Source of the DNA: an uncultured Caldisericota bacterium
GTDB taxonomy: Bacteria; Caldisericota; Caldisericia; Cryosericales; Cryosericaceae
NCBI GenBank assembly: GCA_964426505.1
Contig: CAYRQW010000001.1
Location: forward strand, 1 to 34,490
Direction of reading: 5' to 3'
Length of the DNA: 34,490 nucleotides
Positions within the stretch are counted from its first letter, which is position 1. Every line of letters begins with the position of its first letter. Shown here in pieces: positions 1-7,876 of the stretch. The position numbers and the translations under genes are program-made. Below the pieces are notes generated by a model, which saw only the letters and a program-made list of their open reading frames with translations, was not told the DNA's origin and did no database searches.

Positions 1-685
1 TCGCTGAGTCCAGGCGCTCCACGTACCGTCGAATCTCCTCAGTCGACAAGGACGGCGCCCGATCCGTGATGGTATCCGTCAGGGAAGCCAGTGCAACAAC
101 GCGCACGCCCCCGATGGACCGCCGAACCCGGACCTTGGCCCTGCTGAACACGACCAGAGCCCGCACATGGCACGGGACCTGTGGTTTCAGCCATGCTTTC
201 ACATACATTGCTTCTGACGAAACCTGGCGTACGAAATCACGAGTCAGACGGTCACCATTTCTGCATAGACACCCATCTCGCACGCTGATGGTGCCGGAGT
301 GGTTCTTCGTCTCGACGATGAAGATGCCGGTCGGTCCAATTATGATGTGGTCGATGTCGCCCGCATAGAAACCGAGGCCGTTGAACACGTGGAACTCCTG
401 TGGCAGTCGAGAAAGAATGACACCGACAACATACTCGCCGCCCGCTCCACCATAATACCGGTCAGCTGCAGCTTCCAGGCTGAACACGTGACGAACACAC
501 CAGAAACCGAGAGCCACGATGACACAGATCGTTCCGGCACCAGCAAAGCCGATTGTCGGAATACCCCGACGGAACAGAAGATACGTCAGGACTCCCAATA
601 TCAGCATGGAGGTGAGAGCACGAAACATGAGCCGATCACCCTTGCGGTATGGTGCCGCTCCGGCCTTACCATGAACCTGTGCCAT
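1..685 (-). CDS. NERD (nuclease-related domain) protein with two N-terminal transmembrane helices; 3' end runs off the window
   Basis: Missing from the ORF track because it has no stop inside the window. Manual translation from ATG 685 (GGGAG SD at 691-695): MAQVHGKAG...hydrophobic segments...GGAGGEYVVGVILSRLPQEFHVFNGLGFYAGDIDHIIIGPTGIFIVETKNHSG. This matches the NERD GxxGE / D-I-D-H / G-I-F-x-x-E-T-K pattern. Confidence 0.85.
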   Translation of the reverse strand, partial: MAQVHGKAGAAPYRKGDRLMFRALTSMLILGVLTYLLFRRGIPTIGFAGAGTICVIVALGFWCVRHVFSLEAAADRYYGGAGGEYVVGVILSRLPQEFHVFNGLGFYAGDIDHIIIGPTGIFIVETKNHSGTISVRDGCLCRNGDRLTRDFVRQVSSEAMYVKAWLKPQVPCHVRALVVFSRAKVRVRRSIGGVRVVALASLTDTITDRAPSLSTEEIRRYVERLDSA

Positions 686-748
686 TCATTCTCCCAGGAA
701 CACCGATCTCGATTGGACAGAATCCGCTGATTGCGCGCTGACACTTTC

Positions 749-776
749 AGTCTAGCCACCTGCGGTCCCGGTTCAA
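749..776 (-). promoter_or_regulatory. sigma70-type promoter for the NERD gene (TTGAAC-16-TAGACT)
   Basis: Reverse complement of 771-776 is TTGAAC and of 749-754 is TAGACT; 16-bp spacer; about 60 nt upstream of the ATG. Confidence 0.55.
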
Positions 777-914
777 CCCGATGTCCTCACCGTCTGCTGT
801 GACCGTCTCTCTTCCCGCTCTGCCTCCTCCCGGGGCCGCCTCTCCACGAACATGCAGGTTTTCTTTTCGCATACAGCAAGTATACTGACTCGCACAAGTG
901 TATGGAGGACTGTC

Positions 915-2174
915 ATGATCAAGTCAGTCAAAGGAACCAGCGACATAACGGCTCCCGAAATCCTTCTTTGGCAGCATGTGGAAAGAACGATGGCCACGAC
1001 TGCCAAGGCCTATGGGTACGAGGAGATACGAACGCCAACCATCGAGATGGAAGAACTGTTTTCCACGTCAGTCGGACAAGACACCGACATCGTCGAGAAG
1101 GAGATGTATGCCTTTCCTGACAAGAAGGGGCGCCATCTCGTCCTCCGCCCCGAAGGGACAGCTGCAGCATGTCGGGCCTACATCGAACACCAGTTGAACC
1201 TGCAGCCTTCTCCGACCAAGTTCTATTACATGGGGTCGTTTTTCCGATATGAACAGCCTCAGAGCGGGCGCAAACGCGAGTTTCACAGTTTCGGTGTCGA
1301 GGCGCTCGGCGAGCAATCCCCGGTCCAGGATGTTGAGGTCATCGATATGGTCATGACGATGCTGTCAAGGCTCGGTCTGGCACACCTGTCGGTCGATGTC
1401 AACAGTATCGGCGACGACGACTGCCGACCCGCCTACAAGGATGCCCTGCGGGCTGCGTTGGCGGCGCACGAGAGCGAGCTCTGTGAAGACTGTAAGAGGC
1501 GTATGAGCGACAACCCTCTTCGCGTGTTGGACTGCAAGCGCGAAGACGCGTCACTCCTGGAGTCGCTGCCGAAGTCGGCGGACTATCTGTGCACAGACTG
1601 CGAGGACCATTTCCGCCGCCTGCTGTCCATGCTGAACGCCCTGAGGATTCCATATCGGCTTAACCATAGACTGGTTCGGGGTCTGGACTACTACACCAGG
1701 ACAGTATTCGAGGTAGTATCCGAAGATCTCGGCGCACAGAATGCCCTCCTGGGAGGAGGCCGCTATGACTATCTCGTTCGCCACCTGGGAGGACCCCCTA
1801 CGCCTGCAGTCGGATGGGGTCTAGGCCTTGAGCGTCTCACGTCGGTGCTGACGGCTCGCTACCCCGAATTGACTGGTTCGCTGACGATTCCCCGAGCATA
1901 TATCGTTCATTCTGAGCCAGCCACTGCCGTGGCCTTCGAGTTGAGGCGTACGCTGGCTGACACAGGCTGGGCTCTGGATATGGATGCCCGTCAGGATGGG
2001 TTTGGAAAGCAGTTGGCACGCGCATCCAGGAGAGGTGCGCGCATGGCACTCATTCTTGGCGAGGACGAAATCGTGGCGGGGACGTGTACGATCAAGGATC
2101 TGGCATCGGGTTCGCAGTCGACGGTGCCGTTGGCTGCCGTACCCGACTGTCTTGCCAGTGCAGATCGGAAGTAG
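915..2174 (+). CDS. hisS: Histidine--tRNA ligase
   Basis: KEMY, LRPEGTA, FRYEQPQSGRKREF, LVRGLDYY and GGGRYD motifs. Start moved to ATG 915 because of the GGAGG SD at 904-908. Confidence 0.97.
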   Translation: MIKSVKGTSDITAPEILLWQHVERTMATTAKAYGYEEIRTPTIEMEELFSTSVGQDTDIVEKEMYAFPDKKGRHLVLRPEGTAAACRAYIEHQLNLQPSPTKFYYMGSFFRYEQPQSGRKREFHSFGVEALGEQSPVQDVEVIDMVMTMLSRLGLAHLSVDVNSIGDDDCRPAYKDALRAALAAHESELCEDCKRRMSDNPLRVLDCKREDASLLESLPKSADYLCTDCEDHFRRLLSMLNALRIPYRLNHRLVRGLDYYTRTVFEVVSEDLGAQNALLGGGRYDYLVRHLGGPPTPAVGWGLGLERLTSVLTARYPELTGSLTIPRAYIVHSEPATAVAFELRRTLADTGWALDMDARQDGFGKQLARASRRGARMALILGEDEIVAGTCTIKDLASGSQSTVPLAAVPDCLASADRK

Positions 2175-2209
2175 AGCCGGGACCACTGGAGCATGCGCCG
2201 ACACTTGCG

Positions 2210-2237
2210 TTGGTTTTCCTGCATTTTCAGGTATAAT
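2210..2237 (+). promoter_or_regulatory. Promoter for 6S RNA (TTGGTT-16-TATAAT)
   Basis: Perfect TATAAT at 2232-2237, about 7 nt before the 6S closing stem; TTGGTT at 2210-2215. Confidence 0.6.
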
Positions 2238-2243
2238 AGGTCC

Positions 2244-2422
2244 ATGTCACCCTGCGATGCCCGTGAACCACTTGACGGGTTTGAGCCAACACAAATCACT
2301 CGGAAGCAGATGCCCTGTGGATACGAGCGCTTCGCAGCGTTCTTGAAGCCGGGAACTTTATGCTCCCACCTGCTTAGGCAGGTTCAAAAGCTTCGTCAAG
2401 GCACGACCTTGTGGGGTGGCAC
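2244..2422 (+). ncRNA. ssrS: 6S RNA
   Basis: About 180-nt rod. TGTCACCCTGC (2245-2255) pairs with GTGGGGTGGCA (2411-2421), CTTGACG (2271-2277) with CGTCAAG (2394-2400), and TTTGAGCC (2280-2287) with GGTTCAAA (2381-2388). Carries the Bacillus 6S-1-like CCCACCTGC-n-GCAGGTTCAAAA motif. Lies just downstream of hisS, similar to the hisS-aspS-6S context in Firmicutes. Confidence 0.85.
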
Positions 2423-2451
2423 TTTGACAGCTGTGCTAGGGCAGGGCTCTC

Positions 2452-2898
2452 ATGCAGACTGATCGAGGACTGGTGATTTCGCGTCATGGAGATGTAGTTA
2501 TGGTTCGACTGCAGCCGCATGCCGGGTGCACGTCGTGCTCTCTGACGCAGTTTTGCATTGGCGGAAAAGAGAGCGGCTCTCCTGTCAAGGCGATCGCTCC
2601 CCCCGGAATCGATCAGGGAGACCTGGTTGAAGTGTCGGTCGACGATTCGATCATTCTCAAGGTCACAGCGATCATGTATGGCGTTCCACTTGTGGCTTTT
2701 CTTGCAGGAGTGCTCGGGGGTTATGCATTCTCGTCTCTGGCGGGCCTGACCGGAAACCCCTCCATGGCGCTTCCTGTGGTGGTCGGATTCTTGATGCTTG
2801 TTCCCGGCATCATCCTTTCACGCAGAGTGACTACGCGACTGAATCCCACCGCTACCGTTGTCAGCAAACTCGATCAGGAGGTGGCCGGGTGCCGGTGA
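2452..2898 (+). CDS. rseC: RseC/MucC family (SoxR-reducing system) membrane protein
   Basis: N-terminal CxxC-x4-C (CTSCSLTQFC), GDLVEV, YGVPL and two transmembrane helices. Confidence 0.8.
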   Translation: MQTDRGLVISRHGDVVMVRLQPHAGCTSCSLTQFCIGGKESGSPVKAIAPPGIDQGDLVEVSVDDSIILKVTAIMYGVPLVAFLAGVLGGYAFSSLAGLTGNPSMALPVVVGFLMLVPGIILSRRVTTRLNPTATVVSKLDQEVAGCR

Positions 2899-3284
2899 AC
2901 ACAACTGCAATATGGGTACTGGATATCGTCATTGCCCTCGGGATGGTCTTCATGGCGGTAGCCGGACTCATTATCGGACGAAAACTTGCAGAGTTCTCGA
3001 AGAGCCTTTCTGCCACGATTGCCAACGTGCAGGGACAGGCTGATGAACTGAAGTCGGAGGCAGTCAGGCTGATGCAGTCGACTCAGGTGACAGAGCAGCA
3101 CTTCGACCAGCTGACAAGACAGCTGGTGAAGCTCACAGCATCTGCCGACACGGTTGTGAAGGCATTGCCCGCAGTAGCTTCTGGTCGCGATAACGGCCTC
3201 CTGCCAAGATTGATGAGCACGGCCGTAGGAGTGATATCGGCGTACAGGTTTTTCAAAACCATCTTCCTGAGGAGGAAAACATGA
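2889..3284 (+). CDS. YtxG/DUF948-like membrane-anchored coiled-coil protein
   Basis: N-terminal TM helix, coiled-coil centre, C-terminal amphipathic/basic tail. CAGGAGGT SD upstream; directly precedes a YtxH gene. The start may instead be GTG 2895. Confidence 0.6.
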   Translation: MPVNTTAIWVLDIVIALGMVFMAVAGLIIGRKLAEFSKSLSATIANVQGQADELKSEAVRLMQSTQVTEQHFDQLTRQLVKLTASADTVVKALPAVASGRDNGLLPRLMSTAVGVISAYRFFKTIFLRRKT

Positions 3285-3526
3285 GTGAACGCAATGACTT
3301 CGGATCGTTCATGGGCGGACTGCTGATGGGAAGCATCGTTGGAGCCTTGGCGGCGTTGGTTCTGGCTCCCCAGAGTGGAGAGGAAACGCGCAAGCTTCTG
3401 AAAGACAAGGCGTTCGAACTGGGCAAAGAGATCAGCGATCAGACCGAGACCATCAAGGAAAAGGGTCGTGAACTCCTGACACAGGATGGGATCGAGATCG
3501 GGGAGTCCACAGACACGAATCCCTGA
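3281..3526 (+). CDS. YtxH domain (general stress) protein
   Basis: FMGGLLMGSIVGALAALVLAPQSGEETRKLL is the YtxH signature; ATGA overlap with the upstream gene. Confidence 0.88.
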   Translation: MSERNDFGSFMGGLLMGSIVGALAALVLAPQSGEETRKLLKDKAFELGKEISDQTETIKEKGRELLTQDGIEIGESTDTNP

Positions 3527-3557
3527 GCTCCTCCAGACGGTTCTTCGGCTGGACATC

Positions 3558-3585
3558 TTGATTCACTGCAAGTTCTTGGTATACT
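3558..3585 (+). promoter_or_regulatory. tRNA operon promoter (TTGATT-16-TATACT, extended -10 TGn)
   Basis: TTGATT at 3558-3563, TG at 3577-3578, TATACT at 3580-3585; 11 nt upstream of tRNA-Gln. Confidence 0.7.
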
Positions 3586-3596
3586 CTCGGTTGTGT

Positions 3597-3670
3597 TGGG
3601 GAATCGTCCAACGGTAGGACAGTAGCCTCTGGAGCTACCGATGATGGTTCGAATCCATCTTCCTCAGCCA
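3597..3670 (+). tRNA. tRNA-Gln(CTG)
   Basis: Acceptor TGGGGAA/TTCCTCA, anticodon stem GTAGC/GCTAC with CTG at 3629-3631, T-loop GTTCGAATC, encoded CCA. Confidence 0.95.
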
Positions 3671-3675
3671 AATAT

Positions 3676-3750
3676 GGCGCTGTAGAACAGTGGTTAGTTC
3701 GGGGGGCTCTCAATCCCCAAACAGGAGTTCAATTCTCCTCGGCGCTACCA
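3676..3750 (+). tRNA. tRNA-Glu(CTC)
   Basis: Acceptor GGCGCTG/CGGCGCT, D stem GAAC/GTTC, anticodon stem GGGGG/TCCCC with CTC at 3709-3711, T-loop GTTCAATTC, encoded CCA. Confidence 0.93.
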
Positions 3751-3781
3751 TGTAAAAGACAAGCATGCAGATAATGGAATA

Positions 3782-3820
3782 ACAAGCGGATGGCCTTTCG
3801 GCCATCCGCTTGTCTCTTCT
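3782..3820. terminator. Probable bidirectional terminator between the tRNAs and the convergent esterase gene
   Basis: Perfect 14-bp stem ACAAGCGGATGGCC/GGCCATCCGCTTGT, loop TTTC, followed by pyrimidine-rich CTCTTCT. Confidence 0.7.
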
Positions 3821-3838
3821 GTGCTTGTCTCTGCGTGT

Positions 3839-4585
3839 TCAGTGTGAGAGCCTCTGGATGAACCTCCACGCGCTGTCGACCACGCCATCCCTGTCGTAAT
3901 CCATCGTTACGACATGGGCCGATCTCTCGAAGACGACCATTTCCTTGTCCTTGGAGGCGACATGCTCCATGATGAACGGGCCGCACTCATGTGGAACCAC
4001 ATGATCGTGTACTGAACGCATGACAAGCAGTGGCTGGGAAATGAGTCCCAAGTCCCTGCGTGTGACTCCAAGGAGCTTCACCATCTCATGGGCACCGGCC
4101 GTCGGGGTTCTGTCGTAGGCAGGTTCGACGATGCCGGGTTCCATGATGTCAGACGCGATGGCAGGAGTCGATGCAATCAGGTATTTCATGATGGGCAGAA
4201 AAGGCGCACGCTTGTCCGTCATGAAGACGGGTGCGTTGACAGGAATGACGCCGGCGATCTCGGGATGGTGCTCTGCAAGATAGAGAATGAGCGTTCCGCC
4301 CATGGAGAGTCCCGTGACGAACACCTTTCCACAACTGGCAGTCAGCACCTGATACGCCTGTTCCACATCTCGGATCCAGTCTGTGTACCGAGCTTTGTTG
4401 ACGTCCTGCCATTGGGTCCCGTGACCGGTCAGGCGTGGAGCCTCAATCGTGAGTCCTCTTGCCGCGAGCTGCTCTGCATAGTACCGAATACTCCCGACTG
4501 TTCCCGTGAACCCCTGCATGACCAGACAGCCAATGCCACTCGTGCCAGTCGCACTGAACGGCTTGCCTTCTTCGCGAACATCCAT
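3839..4585 (-). CDS. Alpha/beta-hydrolase carboxylesterase / monoacylglycerol lipase (YvaK/Est30-like)
   Basis: (Q)GFTG oxyanion loop, PRLTGHGT, GLSMGG nucleophile, DHVVP, SAHV. Start at ATG 4585 after a GGAGG SD. Confidence 0.9.
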   Translation of the reverse strand: MDVREEGKPFSATGTSGIGCLVMQGFTGTVGSIRYYAEQLAARGLTIEAPRLTGHGTQWQDVNKARYTDWIRDVEQAYQVLTASCGKVFVTGLSMGGTLILYLAEHHPEIAGVIPVNAPVFMTDKRAPFLPIMKYLIASTPAIASDIMEPGIVEPAYDRTPTAGAHEMVKLLGVTRRDLGLISQPLLVMRSVHDHVVPHECGPFIMEHVASKDKEMVVFERSAHVVTMDYDRDGVVDSAWRFIQRLSH

Positions 4586-4627
4586 CTCCCGCCTCCATGT
4601 CAGGTGCATATCGTTCATGCTGCTTTC

Positions 4628-4655
4628 ATTATCGGCAACCCAGCCTCTCGTGCAA
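4628..4655 (-). promoter_or_regulatory. Promoter for the esterase (TTGCAC-16-GATAAT)
   Basis: Reverse complements of 4650-4655 and 4628-4633. Confidence 0.55.
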
Positions 4656-4699
4656 CCGTGTCGACGCTGAGCCAGACAGATCTGATACCCCGGCCTCGA

Positions 4700-5737
4700 T
4701 CAGGAGTCCAGCGAACTGTCCTCGATTCCCAGCGAGGAACATGCATCCAGGTCGATGGCTGCCGGCGTACCCAGCATTGCCCGTCGTACCCCGGCGTAGG
4801 CAATCATTGCACCATTGTCGGTGCAGTACTTCATCGACGGGAAATAGACCCGCACACCCCCGGCTTTTGCGAACCCGTCTCTCAGCCGTCTGTTGGCAGC
4901 GACGCCGCCCACAACCGTCAAAGCTCGCGGTGAGAACTCGCGCACGGCTCTGAGCGACTTGTTCACAAGCTCCCCGACGACTGCTGTTTCGAAGCTGGCC
5001 ACAACATCTGGGAGGCGGGCTTCGAGCTCCTCCGATCTCAGAGACTTCACGTAGTTGATACCAGCAGTTTTGAGGCCACTGAAACTGAACTCGTATCCTG
5101 CCCGGCTGAACGTGATTCTGGGAAACGCATGGTATGACGGATCGCCCGTTGCACCGATCTTCTGGATCACGGGGCCACCCGGATACCCGAGCCCCAGATA
5201 TTTGGCGAACTTGTCCAGCGTCTCACCCGCCGCATCGTCGCGGGTGGCCCCCAGAACTCTGTAGTGAAGCCAACGGTCCGTATAGACTAGCTCCGTGTGC
5301 CCGCCCGATACGATCAGCGCCAGCAATGGAAAATCATCTCCCGAGAGTGGTTGCAGGTCGCTTCCGGGATCTCGAAGGAACGAGGCCATGACATGGCCCT
5401 CCAGGTGATTCACAGCGATGAGAGGCTTGCGGCTGGCATACGCAAGACCCTTTGCCGTCTCTACACCCACCAGAAGGGAACCGATCAATCCGGGACCGTA
5501 GGTGACGGCGATTCCGTCTACATCCCCGATCCGCATGCCTGCCTGGAGAAGGGCTTCATCAATAGTGGCGATTATCGTCGCTGTGTGCCGGCGAGAGGCG
5601 ATCTCAGGAACAATGCCGTTGTACTTCCGATGGAACGAATCCTGGCTCGAAATGACGGATGACAGGACCAGTCCGGTGTCGTCTACGACAGCTGCTGCAG
5701 TATCGTCGCAAGACGTTTCAATCCCCAGTATGCGCAC
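4700..5737 (-). CDS. tsaD: tRNA N6-threonylcarbamoyladenosine transferase TsaD
   Basis: LGIETSCDDT, GIVPEIASRRH, GPGL, HLEGH, VSGGHT, TRDDAAGE, FSFSGLKT and CTDNGAMIA motifs. Confidence 0.98.
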   Translation of the reverse strand: MRILGIETSCDDTAAAVVDDTGLVLSSVISSQDSFHRKYNGIVPEIASRRHTATIIATIDEALLQAGMRIGDVDGIAVTYGPGLIGSLLVGVETAKGLAYASRKPLIAVNHLEGHVMASFLRDPGSDLQPLSGDDFPLLALIVSGGHTELVYTDRWLHYRVLGATRDDAAGETLDKFAKYLGLGYPGGPVIQKIGATGDPSYHAFPRITFSRAGYEFSFSGLKTAGINYVKSLRSEELEARLPDVVASFETAVVGELVNKSLRAVREFSPRALTVVGGVAANRRLRDGFAKAGGVRVYFPSMKYCTDNGAMIAYAGVRRAMLGTPAAIDLDACSSLGIEDSSLDS

Positions 5738-6194
5738 TGCGCAGCTCCTTTGTCATGAGCAGACCATCTTCAAGGTTGTCAGGGTAATACATGGGTTTCA
5801 GGCCCGTTACTGCAAAACCCAGCCCCTCGTAGAGCCTCTGCGCTGCCACGTTGGACCTCCGAACCTCAAGAAAGGCGCTTTCCATCTTGAGATCGCGGCC
5901 CAGGTCCAGCAGAAACAGGACGAGCTGCTTCGCTACGCCGGATCCACGAGAAGAGGGGTTGGTGGCGACATTGACGATATGGAGCTTGCCTTCCTTGAAC
6001 CAGCCGCCTATGAACCCGACAATGTGTCTTTCGATCATGGCGACAAAGTACTTCGCGTCTGCGTTGAATGTGATGTCTACGAAGAAGGTCTCTTTGGGCC
6101 ACGGCGTGGCATAGGATGCCTCCTCGATCTCCCAGATAGCCTTGAGATCCCGGACACTTGCCGCCCGGACCATGATCGATCCTTCGGATGTCAC
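5718..6194 (-). CDS. rimI: Ribosomal-protein N-acetyltransferase RimI
   Basis: GNAT fold with PW, HIVNVA, LEVRRSNVAAQRLY, GF and YY..EDG; canonical position between tsaB and tsaD. Confidence 0.92.
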   Translation of the reverse strand: MTSEGSIMVRAASVRDLKAIWEIEEASYATPWPKETFFVDITFNADAKYFVAMIERHIVGFIGGWFKEGKLHIVNVATNPSSRGSGVAKQLVLFLLDLGRDLKMESAFLEVRRSNVAAQRLYEGLGFAVTGLKPMYYPDNLEDGLLMTKELRSAHTGD

Positions 6195-6892
6195 GACGGC
6201 GCCTTCGAGTTGTCGAACAATTCCTCCGTGCTGCGAAGGTACAGCGGCTCAAGCGTGAAAGGGTCTTCCCTCCGCGCTCTCACCGAAGCAGCAAGGATGC
6301 CTGCACAGCTCGGATGCACGTCGAACAGCCACGTGACCTTCTCGCCTTCGTGCGGGCGCTGGTTCTCCGGAACTGCCGCCTGCGAGAATGAACACACGGC
6401 AAGCCCGCCCGCCTCACGCACTGCATCGAAGACGCCCGGTCCCATACACGCAGATGCTGCACGCGGTACGACCACGCCGCCGCGCACCCCGAAGCTCTGC
6501 ACGTAGAACTCGTGACGACGAGCATCCAGAAGCGCCCACACAGGGCCCCTGTCGACACATGCTACGCCGATCAGGAACCCGCTCCAGGCCACTGCTTCCA
6601 ACGTGGTGACAGAGAGAAGTGAGCAGGGAGTCGCATAGGCTATCGCCTTGGCGATACTTGCGCCGACCCGCGACCCAGTGAATGTTCCGGGACCCTTGAC
6701 CAGTACAACCGTCTCCACGTCATCAAGCGTGCATCCTGCTTCTACGAGGACCTGATCGACAGCAGCCAGGACCATGTTGGACGCAACTGCCAGCTGAAGT
6801 GGAACCTGCGTCACAACTTCACCTCGCTGGGCCAGACCGACAACGCCCGAGACAGTTGCGGTGTTAATGAGAAGCAGGGACTCTCTCGACAC
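6191..6892 (-). CDS. tsaB: t6A biosynthesis protein TsaB
   Basis: GPGTFTGSRVG, TLEA, LDARRHEFY and EPLYLR motifs; synteny. Confidence 0.92.
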   Translation of the reverse strand: MSRESLLLINTATVSGVVGLAQRGEVVTQVPLQLAVASNMVLAAVDQVLVEAGCTLDDVETVVLVKGPGTFTGSRVGASIAKAIAYATPCSLLSVTTLEAVAWSGFLIGVACVDRGPVWALLDARRHEFYVQSFGVRGGVVVPRAASACMGPGVFDAVREAGGLAVCSFSQAAVPENQRPHEGEKVTWLFDVHPSCAGILAASVRARREDPFTLEPLYLRSTEELFDNSKAPS

Positions 6893-7388
6893 CGAAACAC
6901 CTCGCTACAATGGAAGGCTGGTAGAAATCGCGGAGAACGATACGCCTGACTTCGTCGCCCAGGACTTCAAAGTGGACCTCGATACGCTCGTACATCTCAA
7001 GAAGTCCTCCAGATCGCTCAGCCCACTCGATGACTGTCACGCCGCGCTTGTCCAACTCCTCCTCGAAGCCCATTTCAACAAGCTGTCCGGGATCATCGAT
7101 GCGATAGAGGTCAAAGTGCCTCACGGGTTCCTTGCCCTGATAGTTCCGCTCCAGGACAAAGGTCGGACTGGCGACGCTTGCCCGATCGACACCAAGGGCT
7201 GTGGCCAGCGCTCCGGTGAGGACAGTCTTGCCGGCACCCAGGGGCCCAACGAGTCCGACGATCAATGCGTCGCGGCGCCCCTGTGCCAGCGTCTCGAGCA
7301 GACAACTTCCAAGCAGGATGCCGATGCCCTCAGTGGACTGACGGCACCGGCTCTGGAATGGAACTTCTATGCAGGTTTCATAGGTCAT
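6864..7388 (-). CDS. tsaE: t6A biosynthesis ATPase TsaE
   Basis: Walker A GPLGAGKT, SPTF, HFDLYR, IEWAE. Confidence 0.95.
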   Translation of the reverse strand: MTYETCIEVPFQSRCRQSTEGIGILLGSCLLETLAQGRRDALIVGLVGPLGAGKTVLTGALATALGVDRASVASPTFVLERNYQGKEPVRHFDLYRIDDPGQLVEMGFEEELDKRGVTVIEWAERSGGLLEMYERIEVHFEVLGDEVRRIVLRDFYQPSIVARCFGVERVPASH

Positions 7389-7400
7389 ATCAAGGTAACT

Positions 7401-7429
7401 ATCTTAGCAGGAACCCCGGTTTTGTGCAA
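7401..7429 (-). promoter_or_regulatory. Promoter of the tsa operon (TTGCAC-17-TAAGAT, extended -10 TGn)
   Basis: Reverse complements of 7424-7429 and 7401-7409. Confidence 0.55.
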
Positions 7430-7479
7430 CACTCCATTTGCCCGCTCCATCAGGAGACCACGCTGGACTCCTCCCATAC

Positions 7480-7507
7480 TTGACAGCTCAACGCGCTCTC
7501 CTATAAT
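7480..7507 (+). promoter_or_regulatory. groESL promoter (TTGACA-16-TATAAT)
   Basis: Both hexamers match consensus perfectly: 7480-7485 and 7502-7507. Confidence 0.85.
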
Positions 7508-7510
7508 GAG

Positions 7511-7537
7511 TTAGCACTCATGCAAAGAGAGTGCTAA
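7511..7537. promoter_or_regulatory. CIRCE element (HrcA operator)
   Basis: Exact TTAGCACTC-N9-GAGTGCTAA over the predicted groES transcription start. Confidence 0.97.
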
Positions 7538-7573
7538 TCCATTCAGACTTTCTAGTACAGGAGGTACGACAAT

Positions 7574-7864
7574 ATGGCAAAGCTTGTACCAATCGGTGAT
7601 CACGTGGTCATTAAGGTCGAAACAGTCAAAGAAACCATGAAGAGTGGCATTGTCCTGCCTGATAGCGCCAAGGAAAAGCCCCAGCAGGGCACCGTGATGG
7701 CAGTTGGCTCCGGCGTCATGCTGGACAATGGCACCAAGGTTCCACTTGAGGTCAAGGAAGGCGACAAGGTTGTCTATTCGAAGTACAGCGGCAACGAAAT
7801 CAAACTCGACGAAGAAGAGTATGTCGTGCTGTCTCAGCATGATATCCTCGCCATCGTCAAGTAA
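7574..7864 (+). CDS. groES: Co-chaperonin GroES
   Basis: [28 protein letters not shown] and DILAIV; AGGAGGT SD. Confidence 0.98.
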   Translation: MAKLVPIGDHVVIKVETVKETMKSGIVLPDSAKEKPQQGTVMAVGSGVMLDNGTKVPLEVKEGDKVVYSKYSGNEIKLDEEEYVVLSQHDILAIVK

Positions 7865-7876
7865 GGAGGAATGACT

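Noticed and set aside
66-730. Plus-strand ORFs 66-368 and 299-730
   Set aside because: They are antisense shadows of the minus-strand NERD gene and show no SD or recognisable motifs.
800-914. Pyrimidine-rich tract and AGTATACT palindrome upstream of hisS (possible T-box, anti-SD sRNA or bidirectional promoter)
   Set aside because: No T-box GGTGGNACC motif or terminator. The tract lies upstream of both predicted promoters and there is no credible -35. The short complementarity to the ABC leader is expected by chance.
852-914. ORF-track N-terminal extensions of hisS (similarly pgi, pheS, amrA/B/S, mtaD, esterase)
   Set aside because: Downstream starts have clear SD sequences or ATGA overlaps, and the extensions run over promoters or neighbouring genes.
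2193-2462. 89-aa ORF between hisS and rseC
   Set aside because: It overlaps the 6S RNA and its promoter and has no protein-like features.
3597-3838. tRNAs as a possible integration site for an island
   Set aside because: No integrase, no duplicated tRNA 3' end and no obvious composition shift in the flanks.
5502-6506. 334-aa plus-strand ORF
   Set aside because: Antisense to tsaD, rimI and tsaB; long shadow frames are common in GC-rich DNA.
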